Origin: Burkholderiales bacterium
Lineage (GTDB): Bacteria > Pseudomonadota > Gammaproteobacteria > Burkholderiales > JBBRTU01
DNA length: 64,000 nucleotides
Direction of reading: 5' to 3'
Assembly: GCA_038244115.1 (NCBI GenBank)
Contig: JBBRTU010000003.1
Location: 71,647 to 135,646, forward strand
A program made the position numbers and the translations under genes. Numbering within the stretch: position 1 is the first letter of the stretch; each line of letters starts with the position of its first letter. The notes beneath the pieces were generated by a model. The model was not told the DNA's origin and ran no database searches. It saw only the letters and a program-made list of their open reading frames with translations. Positions 35,517-45,874 of this stretch are shown one piece after another.

Positions 35517-36059
35517 TCATTCGGGCAAACCGGTGGGGAGACCATCGATACTGATACGATTTTTTTCCTGCTGGTATTCGCGTATTCCATCTTCGCCCTT
35601 TTTCTCCGCCCAGTTCAGCAACGAATCGCGCTCGCCCTGGTAATCATATAGCGGCACGCCCTCGCCACAAGAGGTTTGCACGGACTCGATCTGCAACACG
35701 ATGATTTGCCGCTCGCCGAGCTGCGCCTTGAACATGGCATGGTAATGCGTCCAATCATTATCTCCCGCCCGTACCACTCGCCCCTTCCCGTATAACCTTA
35801 AAATCAGCGCCTGTCCTTCGAAGCTGCAAAACATCAAGGTAAGCCGGCCATTCTCCTTGAGATGCGCGGCGGTTTCATTGCCGCTGCCAGTCAGATCCAG
35901 GTAGGCGACTTCATGCTCACTCACCACGCGCAGCCCGTCCAGCCCTTTGGGTGACAAGTTGATGCGTCCACTAATCGGAGCGGACGCGACGAAAAATAGG
36001 TGCTGCCGCTGAATGAAAGTTGTCAGCGCTTCCGTCAAAGCAGGATAAAATTTGGCCAT
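35517..36059 (-). CDS. Pyridoxamine 5'-phosphate oxidase-family FMN-binding protein
   Basis: FFVASAP, NLSPKG, YLDLTGSGNETAAHL, QTSCG motifs. Confidence 0.88.
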   Translation of the reverse strand: MAKFYPALTEALTTFIQRQHLFFVASAPISGRINLSPKGLDGLRVVSEHEVAYLDLTGSGNETAAHLKENGRLTLMFCSFEGQALILRLYGKGRVVRAGDNDWTHYHAMFKAQLGERQIIVLQIESVQTSCGEGVPLYDYQGERDSLLNWAEKKGEDGIREYQQEKNRISIDGLPTGLPE

Positions 36060-36236
36060 GGGTAATATGAGTTTTCAGAAAATTGAAGCATAGAGGCATG
36101 GGCTATAAACGTAAAGCGCGCATCGTGTTTCTCGCCGGGGGCGATAACGATCCGCTTTGATGGCAGCAGGATTCGCCAACTCGCTTGGCGCGCAGTGGAT
36201 AGAGGACTGCCGTTTTTGGAAAATAATCGTGTCTGG

Positions 36237-36887
36237 CTAGGCTGCCAGCCCTTGTTGGTGTAAAAATTTATGCAGAATCTTCAAGCGCATCATGCTGTCG
36301 TTCATCTCCAGCATGGCTTGTTTGGCGGGCAGTTTGAGCGGCAGTACCTCAGCCAGACGGTAGCCGACCCACACCGCATCGTCATAATACAGCGGCTTGT
36401 GGAAATTATCCTCACCGACCTTCTCGACAATGGATTTCAACACCGTTGCGCAGGCGATAAGTTCAGCCGGCACCGGTTGCGGTTCTTCGGCTGACAGGAA
36501 GGTAACCCGCGCAATCATCAAACCGCTCTTTTCGACGCGGTGCTCATCGATACTGAAACACTGCCCGCCCAACACGGTCAGGTTCAAAACGCCGAGCTGA
36601 TGCATATCCCAATCCACAATGCGCGCAAGGCAGCCCACTTCATTAGGCAATGCGCCGCCCACCTCTTCGCCTTCCTTGATCAGGCATACGCCGAAAGGTT
36701 TTTCTTCTTTCAGGCACGCTTTCACCATGTCCATATAGCGTTGTTCGAACACGCGTAAAGGCAATAGCCCGCCAGGAAACAGGACAGTATGAAGCGGAAA
36801 AATCGGCATCTCCATTTCTTGCCGAACACCGTCCGGCTCAAACAGCAAAGGCAGGGTGCGCTTCAACCAGTTTTTGCTGGCGCCCAT
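36237..36887 (-). CDS. LON peptidase N-terminal (substrate-binding) domain protein
   Basis: PIFPLHTVLFPGGLLPLRVFEQRY; start at 36887 overlaps the ubiX stop (TAATG). Confidence 0.85.
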   Translation of the reverse strand: MGASKNWLKRTLPLLFEPDGVRQEMEMPIFPLHTVLFPGGLLPLRVFEQRYMDMVKACLKEEKPFGVCLIKEGEEVGGALPNEVGCLARIVDWDMHQLGVLNLTVLGGQCFSIDEHRVEKSGLMIARVTFLSAEEPQPVPAELIACATVLKSIVEKVGEDNFHKPLYYDDAVWVGYRLAEVLPLKLPAKQAMLEMNDSMMRLKILHKFLHQQGLAA

Positions 36888-37501
36888 TAAGGCGTTTCTC
36901 CCCAACGCGGCAGCAGGTCGTGTTCGATGCCAAGCTGGTCGAGAATGCGCGCCACCACGAAATCCACCAGATCGGCAATGGTCCGCGGCGCCTGATAGAA
37001 ACCCGGATTGGGCGGTAATATCACGGCGCCGAGCTGCGCCAGCTTGAGCATGTTTTCCAGATGGATGGCGGAGAACGGGGTCTCGCGCGGCACCAGAATC
37101 AGCGTGCGGCGTTCCTTGATCATCACGTCCGCTGCCCGTTCGATCAGGTTATCCGACATGCCATGCGCTATCGCTGCACGCGCGCCCGTGGTACAGGGGC
37201 AGACCACCATAGCGTCTGCCGCGCCGGAGCCGGAAGCAATCGGCGCGAACCATTCTTCCCGACCGAATACTTGCAACTGCCCCGGCTTGGCATGGAAGCG
37301 TTCAGCCAATATTTTTTGCGCATCTTCACTGCGCGACGGCAAGGTGAGATCCATCTCCTGCTTGGCGACGATCTGCGCCGCCTGTGAATACAGCAGGTAA
37401 ACTCGGATATTCCGCTCCAGCAGGCATTCCAGCAGGCGCACGCCGTAAGGCATGCCGGAAGCGCCGGTTAGAGCGAGGGTAATAGTTTTATTGAAGGTCA
37501 T
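36887..37501 (-). CDS. ubiX: Flavin prenyltransferase
   Basis: [31 protein letters not shown] motifs. Confidence 0.93.
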   Translation of the reverse strand: MTFNKTITLALTGASGMPYGVRLLECLLERNIRVYLLYSQAAQIVAKQEMDLTLPSRSEDAQKILAERFHAKPGQLQVFGREEWFAPIASGSGAADAMVVCPCTTGARAAIAHGMSDNLIERAADVMIKERRTLILVPRETPFSAIHLENMLKLAQLGAVILPPNPGFYQAPRTIADLVDFVVARILDQLGIEHDLLPRWGETP

Positions 37502-37571
37502 GCAGGCATTGTATGGCAGGTGTTTAAAGCGCTCAAATTTTAGTTTGATTGTCCTTTCCGCTACAATGACG

Positions 37572-37906
37572 CACTTCGTTAGGTGCCCGTCATCCATTCA
37601 GGAGACGGGTAAACGGGAAACAGGTGAAATACCTGTGCTGCCCCCGCAACGGTAAGCAAGCGTGGGCGCGCCATTTAGCCCGGATGTTTCATGAATTCGC
37701 GTGATGATCGTGAAGGATTTTGTTTTGTAGGGGAATTTGGTGAGGGAGTGGCGTAGTGATTCATACGCCCGACTGAACGAAATTTCCATACGGAACAAAA
37801 GACCAGCGAGGGCACGTGTCAATTTATGAAACATCCGGGCTTGCCACTGGGGAAACCTGGGAAGACGGCGCGTCAAATCTTGTGAGCCCGGAGACCGGCC
37901 TGACGA
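37572..37906 (+). ncRNA. Cobalamin riboswitch upstream of the TonB-dependent receptor
   Basis: AGGTG...AAACGGGAAACAGGTGAAATACCTGTGCTGCCCCCGCAACGGTAA...GCCACTG...GGGAAG...GAGCCCGGAGACCGGCCT (B12 box). Confidence 0.92.
37677..37841. mobile_element. 165-bp MITE-like element inserted inside the riboswitch
   Basis: 21-bp inverted ends with 1 mismatch (agcccggatgtttcatgaatt / aatttatgaaacatccgggct); nested internal stems. Confidence 0.75.
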
Positions 37907-38027
37907 TTTAGCGGAAATACTGCGGGGCTGCAGTATCAGTGCGGATCGGACTTTTTCTCCCCACGGTATTTCCTTGTTTATACCCATCGGCACGCGGGGT
38001 CGCTTGCCGGAACAAGGACTATCTAAC

Positions 38028-39956
38028 GTGAATACCACCTTCAAACTAAGCTTGCTACTCGCATTGGCATCAACTGCCAATGCAGCAGAAACCATCCCGA
38101 CTTATATCGGCGATGAAATTGTCGTCACTGCAACCCGATTTCCTGCCAAGGTAAGGGATTTACCGATTGGCGTGCAAGTCGTGACGCAGGAAGAAATTGC
38201 ACAGAGCACCGCTTCCACTTTGCCAGAGCTCTTATCGCACCTTGCCGGTGTGGAAAAGCGTAACAACAGCGGCAGCCCCGACTCTCAAATCGATATGCGT
38301 GGCTTCGGTGTAACAGGAAACCAGAATACGCTGGTGTTACTCGACGGTCAGCGTCTCAGTGAGATCGAATTGGTGTCGCCCAAATGGTCGGCCATTCCTA
38401 TGGACTCGATCGAACGCATTGAAATCCTGCGCGGAAGTGGGTCTGTTCTCTATGGCGGCGGCGCTACGGGCGGTACCATCAACATCATCACGAAAGCGCC
38501 GAAGGCAGGGCAGCTTGAAGGAAGCGCCAGCGCTGGATATGGTACCTACAACACATCTGAAATTCGTGCTGGCGGCGTGTTCAGCGGCGACAGCCTCAGC
38601 CTGGCACTGCATGCCAACCGCTATGATTCTGACAATTATCGCAAGAACAATGATGTTACCCAGGAAAATACGGAAGCCGACCTGCGTTTCCACGTAGGAA
38701 GCACGGAATGGGCAGTAAAATTCGGCACGGATGACCAGCATTTACGTCTACCTGCTTCTCGCACAGAGGCTCAGCTTCAAACCGACCGGCGCGGCACCGC
38801 CACGCCAGATGACTGGAGCACGCGTTCTGGCGGGCATTTCAATCTAAGCGGTGGAACGCATCTCGGTGATGTAGATTTAGCTGCCGATATTTCCTATCGG
38901 GAGCGCAATGCGAAAGCGTTTTATGCCCCCGGTTACAACAGCGATACAGATGTAAATGTCCTGACTTTCAACCCACGCATGAAACTCCACCACGATTTAC
39001 TGGGTACCCGAAATGAACTGGTACTGGGCATAGACTTGGATGACTGGGACTACACTTCCACGAACACCTACGGTTCCTCGCTTGCTCGCCAGAAAAATCA
39101 GGCATTCTACTTTCAGAATCAAACAGCCCTGACTTCGGCTACCAATATCACATTGGGTGCCCGGCTACATCGGGTAGCGTTGTCAGTCGACACGCAAACC
39201 CAAACGCGATCCCCTCATGCCTTTGAGCTGGGCTTGCGTCAGGAATTGGGTAAGGATCTGGCACTATTTGCCAAAGCCGGGCAAAGCTTCCGCATCGCAA
39301 CGGTGGATGAAAACCAATTTCAGGTCTCATTATTGGAGCCCCAAACATCACATGACCACGAAATCGGTTTGGAGCAAAAATTTGGGGCAGGCTCGCTGCG
39401 TGCCTCGCTTTACCAAAGCCGACTGAATAACGAGATTGCATTCTTACCTTCGGCGCTTTTCACACCTTTTGGAGCAAATCTCAACCTGCCTCCAACTGAA
39501 CGCAAAGGTCTTGAGCTGGCAACAACCTGGCAAGTGACTCAGGGCACAGAAGCATTCGCAAATTACACGTACACCGAAGCAAAATTTCGCGAAGGTAGTT
39601 TCAATGGTGTGGATGTGACCGGAAAAAACATTCCTCTGGTGCCACGACATGCCTTTAACTTGGGGATGCTCTGGCACGTCGCCCCACAAACGAAACTGAG
39701 TGCCGATGCACAGTACGTTGGAGAACAATACTTTGATAACGACCAGTCCAACGCTTTTGGTCGCACAATGCCGAGCTATACCGTCATGAACGCCAAACTC
39801 ACCCATGACGTCGGTTCTTGGCAACTGGCAGCAACGATCAAAAATCTGTTGAACAAAAAATATTTCTCTTACGGCATCCAATCAGGCACATCGTTTAGCG
39901 CTTACCCGGAGGCGGAAAGAACATTATTTGTATCAGCAGAATATCGCTTTAAGTAA
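38028..39956 (+). CDS. btuB: TonB-dependent receptor, probably for cobalamin (BtuB-like)
   Basis: TonB box DEIVVTATR; plug motifs [28 protein letters not shown]; NLLNKKY; directly downstream of the B12 riboswitch. Confidence 0.85.
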   Translation: MNTTFKLSLLLALASTANAAETIPTYIGDEIVVTATRFPAKVRDLPIGVQVVTQEEIAQSTASTLPELLSHLAGVEKRNNSGSPDSQIDMRGFGVTGNQNTLVLLDGQRLSEIELVSPKWSAIPMDSIERIEILRGSGSVLYGGGATGGTINIITKAPKAGQLEGSASAGYGTYNTSEIRAGGVFSGDSLSLALHANRYDSDNYRKNNDVTQENTEADLRFHVGSTEWAVKFGTDDQHLRLPASRTEAQLQTDRRGTATPDDWSTRSGGHFNLSGGTHLGDVDLAADISYRERNAKAFYAPGYNSDTDVNVLTFNPRMKLHHDLLGTRNELVLGIDLDDWDYTSTNTYGSSLARQKNQAFYFQNQTALTSATNITLGARLHRVALSVDTQTQTRSPHAFELGLRQELGKDLALFAKAGQSFRIATVDENQFQVSLLEPQTSHDHEIGLEQKFGAGSLRASLYQSRLNNEIAFLPSALFTPFGANLNLPPTERKGLELATTWQVTQGTEAFANYTYTEAKFREGSFNGVDVTGKNIPLVPRHAFNLGMLWHVAPQTKLSADAQYVGEQYFDNDQSNAFGRTMPSYTVMNAKLTHDVGSWQLAATIKNLLNKKYFSYGIQSGTSFSAYPEAERTLFVSAEYRFK

Positions 39957-39992
39957 CCTGCCTACGAATCGGAATACGTGAACAGAAAACTC

Positions 39993-40048
39993 GTAGCGCA
40001 GCGCTCTCGCCTGCAAGCAGGCCATGCAGGCGAGAGTGCCTGCGCTAC
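39993..40048. repeat. GTAG-type REP doublet (REPIN-like hairpin)
   Basis: gtagcgcagcgctctcgcctgca ... tgcaggcgagagtgcctgcgctac inverted pair. Confidence 0.7.
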
Positions 40049-40103
40049 CAAACCCAACGCCACAAGCCGCAGAAAATGCGCTCAAAGAGATAAAGCACTG
40101 CGA

Positions 40104-40988
40104 ATGAAATCTGCCTTGACATTTGCCCTGACGTTTTTTCTGTGCATCGCCGGCTCCGCTCACGCTGACGTATCAGTGTTGGATGACAGCGGCAAGACTG
40201 TGCATTTGAATCGTCCCGCACAACGCATTGTTACGCTGGCCCCCAATGCCACGGAATTGTTGTTCGCCATCGGCGCGGGCAGCCGTATTGTGGGTACCAT
40301 GGAATACAGCAATTTTCCCGAGGCCGCCAAACACATTCCCCGCATCGGCGGCTACCGAGGGCTGGACATGGAAGGCATTGCGGCTTTGCATCCAGACTTG
40401 ATCATCGCCTGGCCCAGCGGGAATACCTTGGCACAAGTTGAAAGACTCAAGAAGCTAGGCATTCCCCTGTATCTAAGTGAGCCTAAAAAAATTGCAGATA
40501 TTGCCAGCTCCCTGGAGCGCTTCGGCGCATTAACTGGTAATGCACCTGCTGCGCAACAAGCTGCAACGCATTTCCGCCGGAAACTGGAAGCGCTGCGCAA
40601 CAAATATCAAGGGCGAAGTAAAGTCCGTGTGTTCTATCAGGTGTGGGATCAACCCTTGATGACCATTAACGGCGAGCAAATTATCAGCGATGCGTTGCGG
40701 CAATGCGGCGGCGAAAACATCTTTGCGCAATTGCCGGTGCTCACCCCGACAGTCAGCGTCGAAGCGCTTTTGCAAGCCGATCCCGATGTCATCATCGGCA
40801 GTGACTCGGGCAACCGCCGTCCGCAGTGGCTGGACAATTGGAAGAAATGGCCGCGTCTACGCGCGGTGCAACATGACCATCTGTATTTTATTTCTGCGGG
40901 TTTGATCAGCCAGGCTACGCCGCGCATGCTGCAGGGCGTGGAGGTGATGTGTGAATTGCTTGAGAAAGTACGTCAGGGCAAGGAATAG
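40104..40988 (+). CDS. btuF: Periplasmic cobalamin-binding protein
   Basis: PAQRIVTLAPNATELLFAIGAG; PDLIIAW.SGN; CGGENIF; context. Confidence 0.85.
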   Translation: MKSALTFALTFFLCIAGSAHADVSVLDDSGKTVHLNRPAQRIVTLAPNATELLFAIGAGSRIVGTMEYSNFPEAAKHIPRIGGYRGLDMEGIAALHPDLIIAWPSGNTLAQVERLKKLGIPLYLSEPKKIADIASSLERFGALTGNAPAAQQAATHFRRKLEALRNKYQGRSKVRVFYQVWDQPLMTINGEQIISDALRQCGGENIFAQLPVLTPTVSVEALLQADPDVIIGSDSGNRRPQWLDNWKKWPRLRAVQHDHLYFISAGLISQATPRMLQGVEVMCELLEKVRQGKE

Positions 40989-41001
40989 GTGCGGATAGCT
41001 G

Positions 41002-41361
41002 CTACGCCGCCGACTTCAACACAAAATCCGTCCGAATCTCGGCAAAAGGAATTACCAGCTTCCCATCTTCGGTTTTTTCGATAAGGCCGATTTCGATCAG
41101 ACGATGGACGTCTTCATGCACGCGTTTCACATCTCTGCCCAAGTGGCGGGCAAGCGCGCGTAGACTCAGCGGCCCGGTTGTTTGAAGCGCCTCAATCAAT
41201 TCCCAGCGCTTTGGCGTGATCGCCTGGAACAATGCGGCCGGTGATTCGAATTCGAAATGCTCGCCGCCGTACTTGCCGGTTTTCCAGGCTTTGGCGAACC
41301 CTGTGCGCAAGCTATTCAGCGATTGGCGGGACTTTCGAATGACGATGGATGCGGTTCTCAT
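41002..41361 (-). CDS. HTH DNA-binding protein, putative antitoxin (HVO_A0114-like)
   Basis: FESPAALFQAITPKRWELI...SLRALARHLGRDVKRVHEDV; ATGA overlap with the upstream small gene. Confidence 0.7.
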   Translation of the reverse strand: MRTASIVIRKSRQSLNSLRTGFAKAWKTGKYGGEHFEFESPAALFQAITPKRWELIEALQTTGPLSLRALARHLGRDVKRVHEDVHRLIEIGLIEKTEDGKLVIPFAEIRTDFVLKSAA

Positions 41362-41645
41362 TTCAGCTCCCTTTCCGCCTCGATATCGGCGATGAAGTCG
41401 TCCAGCAATTTCTCCGGACTGACAAACCGGTAGGGCATTTCCTTGCCTCGATAATGGCGGTGATCGCCCTTTCCCCGTTCGTTGTCGTAACCGACAATGC
41501 GCTGTCCGGGGTGACCATAAAACAGCCGGTATTTGTACAAGTGGCGGCTGCCTTTGACCGACGCTGACAGTTTCCAGATGACCGCCTCGACGATAGTTCC
41601 ATCGTCAAAACCCTGCCGGTGCCGGTACAGCAATTCCGCTTTCAT
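41358..41645 (-). CDS. DUF6516/TumE-like putative toxin
   Basis: HLYKYRLFY...VGYDNERGKGDHRH...Y.FVS.EKLLDDF..DI. Confidence 0.7.
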   Translation of the reverse strand: MKAELLYRHRQGFDDGTIVEAVIWKLSASVKGSRHLYKYRLFYGHPGQRIVGYDNERGKGDHRHYRGKEMPYRFVSPEKLLDDFIADIEAERELK

Positions 41646-41690
41646 GTTGGCAGATTAGCCAACATACAGATTGTTGTCAATCCTGCCAAC
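41644..41690 (-). promoter_or_regulatory. Leaderless sigma70 promoter with two operator palindromes
   Basis: Minus strand reads TTGACA-17 nt-TAATCT-6 nt-ATG; inverted repeats atgttggc-N6-gccaacat (41644-41665) and gttgtc-N6-gccaac (41673-41690). Confidence 0.75.
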
Positions 41691-41720
41691 GACAAAAGCT
41701 TTTCCACTTGCTTCAACAAC

Positions 41721-42491
41721 CTACGCCGGGTAATACAGGGTTCTGTCACCCACATCCACACTGCGCACCGGATGATTATACAAGCGTTGCAAATTGGCCT
41801 CGTTCAACACCTCATGCACCGGGCCTTGCAGCGTTTCGCCGTCGCCGAACAGTAACAACAGAAAATCACAGTAGCGCACTGCGAGATTTACGTCGTGCAG
41901 CACCATCAATAGCGTTTTGCCATGTTGCGTCACCTGTTGCGTGAGCAACTCCAGCGTCTCGATCTGATGATGCAGATCCAGATGGTTGACCGGTTCATCC
42001 AGCAGAAACAGTGCCGGGTCTTGCGTAATCAGCGCGGCTAGCGCGAGGCGGCGTCTTTCGCCGCCGGACAGGGTATGCGTCAGGCGCTGCGCCATGTCGT
42101 CGAGGCCCACAGCGTGCAGCGCCTCTTTCGCAATACGTTCGTCCTCGGCGCTTTCCCATTCCCATACTTGCAAATGCGGGTGGCGCCCGATCAGTACGGT
42201 TTCCAACACGCTCGCTGGAAAAGCATCGTCGCTGTCTTGAAACATCACACCGCAAATCAGGGCTGCGGCGCGGCGCGACATCTCGGCGAGCGCTTCGCCG
42301 TTCAAGGATACTTGGCCCGACTCGGGCAGCTTCAAGCCACCCAGGGTATGCAGCAGCGTGGTCTTGCCCACACCATTGATGCCGAGAATGCCCCAGCGCT
42401 GGCCACGCTGTATGACGAAATTCAAATCGCGGCACACCTGTTTTCCTCCCACACTAACGGAGAGTGCGCGCGTTTCGAGCAGTGCGGTCAT
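41721..42491 (-). CDS. ABC ATPase for cobalamin/siderophore uptake (BtuD/FepC-like)
   Basis: GINGVGKT; LSGGERRR; LLDEPVNHLD; LHDVNLA. Confidence 0.9.
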   Translation of the reverse strand: MTALLETRALSVSVGGKQVCRDLNFVIQRGQRWGILGINGVGKTTLLHTLGGLKLPESGQVSLNGEALAEMSRRAAALICGVMFQDSDDAFPASVLETVLIGRHPHLQVWEWESAEDERIAKEALHAVGLDDMAQRLTHTLSGGERRRLALAALITQDPALFLLDEPVNHLDLHHQIETLELLTQQVTQHGKTLLMVLHDVNLAVRYCDFLLLLFGDGETLQGPVHEVLNEANLQRLYNHPVRSVDVGDRTLYYPA

Positions 42492-43468
42492 CGCTGCGCT
42501 CGCGCCAAGAGATACAAAAACAATGGCACGCCAAGCAAGGCGGTGACGATGCCGACTGGAAGCTGTTGCGGCGCCAGCGCGGTGCGTGCCAGCGTATCTG
42601 CCAGCATCAGCAGGCTGCCGCCGAACAATGCCGCACCGGGCAGCAGGATGCGGTGGTCGCTGCCGACAGCCAGCCGCAGCATGTGCGGCGCAACCAAACC
42701 AATGAACCCTATGCTGCCGGCGGTCATCACTGCGATTGCAGTTAGTAGAGAGGCCACCACGTAGAGATGAATGCGCAAACCGGCCACCGGCACACCGAGC
42801 GAACGCGCAGTCAGTTCGCCACGCGCCATCACGTTGAGGCTGCGCGCCAACGGCAAGCTTAGCAACAATCCTGCTGCGAGACCCACGACTCCCGGCCCGT
42901 AGCCTGGCGCATTATCCAGGTCGCCCATCATCCAAAACAGCATGCCGCGCAGCTTGGCATCGGGCGATACCGTCAACAGAAAACTGATCGCCGCACCCCA
43001 GCCCGCCGCCACGATCACACCCGTCAACAACAGCCGCGTCGACGACCATGCGCCGGCGCCGCGCGCCAGGCCAAACACCAGTAACATCGTCAGGATCGCT
43101 CCGACAAAGGCAGCACCGTTCAGCCACGCTCCGCCGATGCCGAGCAACATGGCACCCAGCGCCGCTACCGCAGCGCCGCCAGAAATGCCCAGCACGTAAG
43201 GATCGGCCAACGGATTGCGCAGCAACACCTGCATTAGCGTTCCAGCCAATGCGAGCATCGCGCCGGTAGTAAACGCATTGACGGTTCTTGGCAGGCGCAA
43301 TTGCATAACGAGTTCGTAGGATAGGCCCCGCTCATGCCCGGTAAACGTCTGCCAGACCGTCGCAAAATCCGTATGTACGCTACCGAAAGACAGCGCCAGC
43401 AGCGCACAGGCAAAGGCCAGGGCGGTCAGGCTCAGAAGTAGAATAGCGGCGCGTTTCAAGGGGGTCAT
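42488..43468 (-). CDS. FecCD/BtuC-family ABC permease
   Basis: LRLPR, RNPLADPYVLGISGGA, GSIGFIGLVAPH, LPVG motifs. Confidence 0.9.
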   Translation of the reverse strand: MTPLKRAAILLLSLTALAFACALLALSFGSVHTDFATVWQTFTGHERGLSYELVMQLRLPRTVNAFTTGAMLALAGTLMQVLLRNPLADPYVLGISGGAAVAALGAMLLGIGGAWLNGAAFVGAILTMLLVFGLARGAGAWSSTRLLLTGVIVAAGWGAAISFLLTVSPDAKLRGMLFWMMGDLDNAPGYGPGVVGLAAGLLLSLPLARSLNVMARGELTARSLGVPVAGLRIHLYVVASLLTAIAVMTAGSIGFIGLVAPHMLRLAVGSDHRILLPGAALFGGSLLMLADTLARTALAPQQLPVGIVTALLGVPLFLYLLARAQR

Positions 43469-43595
43469 GATGGGGTAGGCTACGTGATGCAGGGATGCCA
43501 AAGGAGAATAGCAGCGTGCAGGATAGCAATCAAGGCAGGACACCCCGACAACCGTTAGCCTTTTTCTTTTGCTCCATATTTGGTATCGTGCGCGC

Positions 43596-44681
43596 ATGTC
43601 TAACAATACCATCGACTTCAGTACCATCCGTCGCGTCCTCGTCATAAAATTGCGTCACCACGGCGATGTACTGCTCAGCTCGCCGGTATTCAGCGTATTG
43701 AAAAATCATGCGCCGCATCTGGAAATCGATGCCTTGGTCTACCACGATACGGTTGATATGCTATCCATGCACCCTGCCATTCGACAGGTCTATAGCATCG
43801 ATCAGAACTGGAAAAGCCTGGGCATACTGCAACGGGCACAAAATGAATGGCGGCTTCTGTCCGCACTGCGTGCGCGTCACTACGATCTGGTTATTCACCT
43901 TACCGAGCATCCGCGCGGAGCATGGCTAAAATACCTGATTGGCGCGCCCTATGGCGTGGCGCGCAAACTGACTGACAAAAAGGGGTGGTTCTGGAGGAAT
44001 AGCTTTACCCATTATTATCCGTGGCTCGTTGGCAATCGCCGGCATACGGTCGAGCTGCATCTGGATGCCTTGCGCCGCATCGGTATTCAGCCGAGTGAAA
44101 ATGAGAAGCGCCTTACCCTGATAGCGGGCGAAGCTGCGGAGGCCCGCGTCGCCGCTCTGCTTACGCAGCATGGGTTGTGTGGTAAAGATTTCATCCACAT
44201 CCACCCGACATCCCGTTGGCTGTTCAAATGCTGGTCGGAAAAAAACGTAACCCGGCTAATTAAAACCTTACAAGAACGCGGACACACTGTGGTTCTCAGC
44301 GCTGCGCCAGATAGCGAAGAACTCGCCATGGTTGAACGTATCCTCGCCCCGCTTGCGACGCCACCGGTTAACCTGGCAGGGCAGCTCAGCCTCAAGGAGT
44401 TGGCTGCACTCACCAGCCAGGCGCGCTGTTTCGTCGGTGTGGACTCAGCCCCAATGCACATCGCCGCCGCCATGCAAACGCCGGTCGTTGCCCTGTTCGG
44501 GCCCAGCGGCGACAAGGAGTGGGGGCCGTGGCACACGCCGCACCAGACCCTGACTTCCGACTACCCTTGCCGCCCCTGCGGGCAGGATGGTTGCGGCGGC
44601 GGTAAAATCAGCGAATGCCTGACAACGATCCCGGTAGAGCGCGTCCTAGACGCAATCGATACGCTGCTGCAAACTGCATGA
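43596..44681 (+). CDS. rfaQ: LPS heptosyltransferase III (GT9)
   Basis: LVIKLRHHGDVLL, HPTSRWLFKCW, GVDSAPMH, ALFGPS. Confidence 0.85.
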   Translation: MSNNTIDFSTIRRVLVIKLRHHGDVLLSSPVFSVLKNHAPHLEIDALVYHDTVDMLSMHPAIRQVYSIDQNWKSLGILQRAQNEWRLLSALRARHYDLVIHLTEHPRGAWLKYLIGAPYGVARKLTDKKGWFWRNSFTHYYPWLVGNRRHTVELHLDALRRIGIQPSENEKRLTLIAGEAAEARVAALLTQHGLCGKDFIHIHPTSRWLFKCWSEKNVTRLIKTLQERGHTVVLSAAPDSEELAMVERILAPLATPPVNLAGQLSLKELAALTSQARCFVGVDSAPMHIAAAMQTPVVALFGPSGDKEWGPWHTPHQTLTSDYPCRPCGQDGCGGGKISECLTTIPVERVLDAIDTLLQTA

Positions 44682-45811
44682 AAATCGCACTGGTTCGCCA
44701 GCGCTACACCCCTTTCGGCGGTGCTGAACGGTTTGTTGCCCGCGCCATGGAAGCGTTGGAAAAAGAAGGCACACAACTCACCGTTGTCGCCCGAAAGTGG
44801 CAAAACAGCGGCAATATTCCATCCCTGATCTGTAACCCTTTCTATCTTGGCAACCTATGGCGCGACTGGAGCTTTGCCCGTTGCGTTTGCCGCGCCCTTG
44901 AACAGCAGCGCTTCGACCTGGTGCAATCCCACGAGCGCATCGCCTGCTGCGACATCTACCGCGCAGGCGACGGTGTGCACCGCGAGTGGCTCAAACAACG
45001 ACGGCGCATATTAAGTTTCTCCAGCAGCTTAGGCATTGCACTCAATCCTTTCCATCGTTACGTGCTGGCTGCTGAAAAACGCTTATTTGCAAGCCCCCGG
45101 CTGAAAGCGGTGATCTGTAATTCCGCCATGGTCAAGAATGAAATCATGGCATATTTCGACATGCCGGCAGAAAAACTCCATGTGATTTACAGCGGGGTAG
45201 ACACGGCTGCTTTCCACCCTCGCCTCAAAGAACAGCACCGCGCCGGAATACGCCGTCAGTATGCTATCCCCGACAACGCACCTTTATTTCTTTTTATCGG
45301 TTCAGGCTTTGAACGCAAGGGGCTGGCAGCAGTGTTGCATGCCCTGGAAATAGTGTCGGATGCACATCTGTTGATAGTGGGGACCGACAAGAAGCTGCGG
45401 GCCTATCAGCGCCTGGCCAAATCAGCGGGCCTTTCGCAGCGCACCTATTTCGCCGGCGGGCAGCAGGACACCGCGCCGTTTTACGGCGCAGCGGATGCGT
45501 TTGTACTGCCCACGTTGTACGATCCCTTCCCCAATGCCGCCCTTGAAGCCATGGCTGCGGGTTTGCCCGTTATCACCAGCACCAAGAGTGGTGCCGCCGA
45601 GCTGATTGCAGACGGCCGCAACGGGTTTGTCTGCGACGCCCTCGACATCTCGGCGTTGGCGCGTTGCATGACGACGCTCACCCAACCGGCCACCACCAAA
45701 AATATGGGTGCGGCAGCCCGCATCACGGTAGAACCCTACACGCTGGCAAACATGAGCTCCGCTCTTGTGTCCCTCTATCAACAGCTGCTCGCCCAGCGCA
45801 GCATGATATAA
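44678..45811 (+). CDS. GT4 LPS core glycosyltransferase (WaaG/WabG-like)
   Basis: RQRYTPFGGAERF, QSHERI, YRAGDGVH, GSGFERKG, YDPFPNAALEA. Confidence 0.88.
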   Translation: MKIALVRQRYTPFGGAERFVARAMEALEKEGTQLTVVARKWQNSGNIPSLICNPFYLGNLWRDWSFARCVCRALEQQRFDLVQSHERIACCDIYRAGDGVHREWLKQRRRILSFSSSLGIALNPFHRYVLAAEKRLFASPRLKAVICNSAMVKNEIMAYFDMPAEKLHVIYSGVDTAAFHPRLKEQHRAGIRRQYAIPDNAPLFLFIGSGFERKGLAAVLHALEIVSDAHLLIVGTDKKLRAYQRLAKSAGLSQRTYFAGGQQDTAPFYGAADAFVLPTLYDPFPNAALEAMAAGLPVITSTKSGAAELIADGRNGFVCDALDISALARCMTTLTQPATTKNMGAAARITVEPYTLANMSSALVSLYQQLLAQRSMI

Positions 45812-45874
45812 TTTTGATTTATCTAAAGTTATCAGAATTAGGCGCTATTAAATCCCCTCGCTAGCGCTTGCAAA

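Noticed and set aside
37598-38095. 165-aa minus-strand ORF
   Set aside because: It is antisense to the riboswitch, the MITE and the btuB start, and has no recognisable motif.
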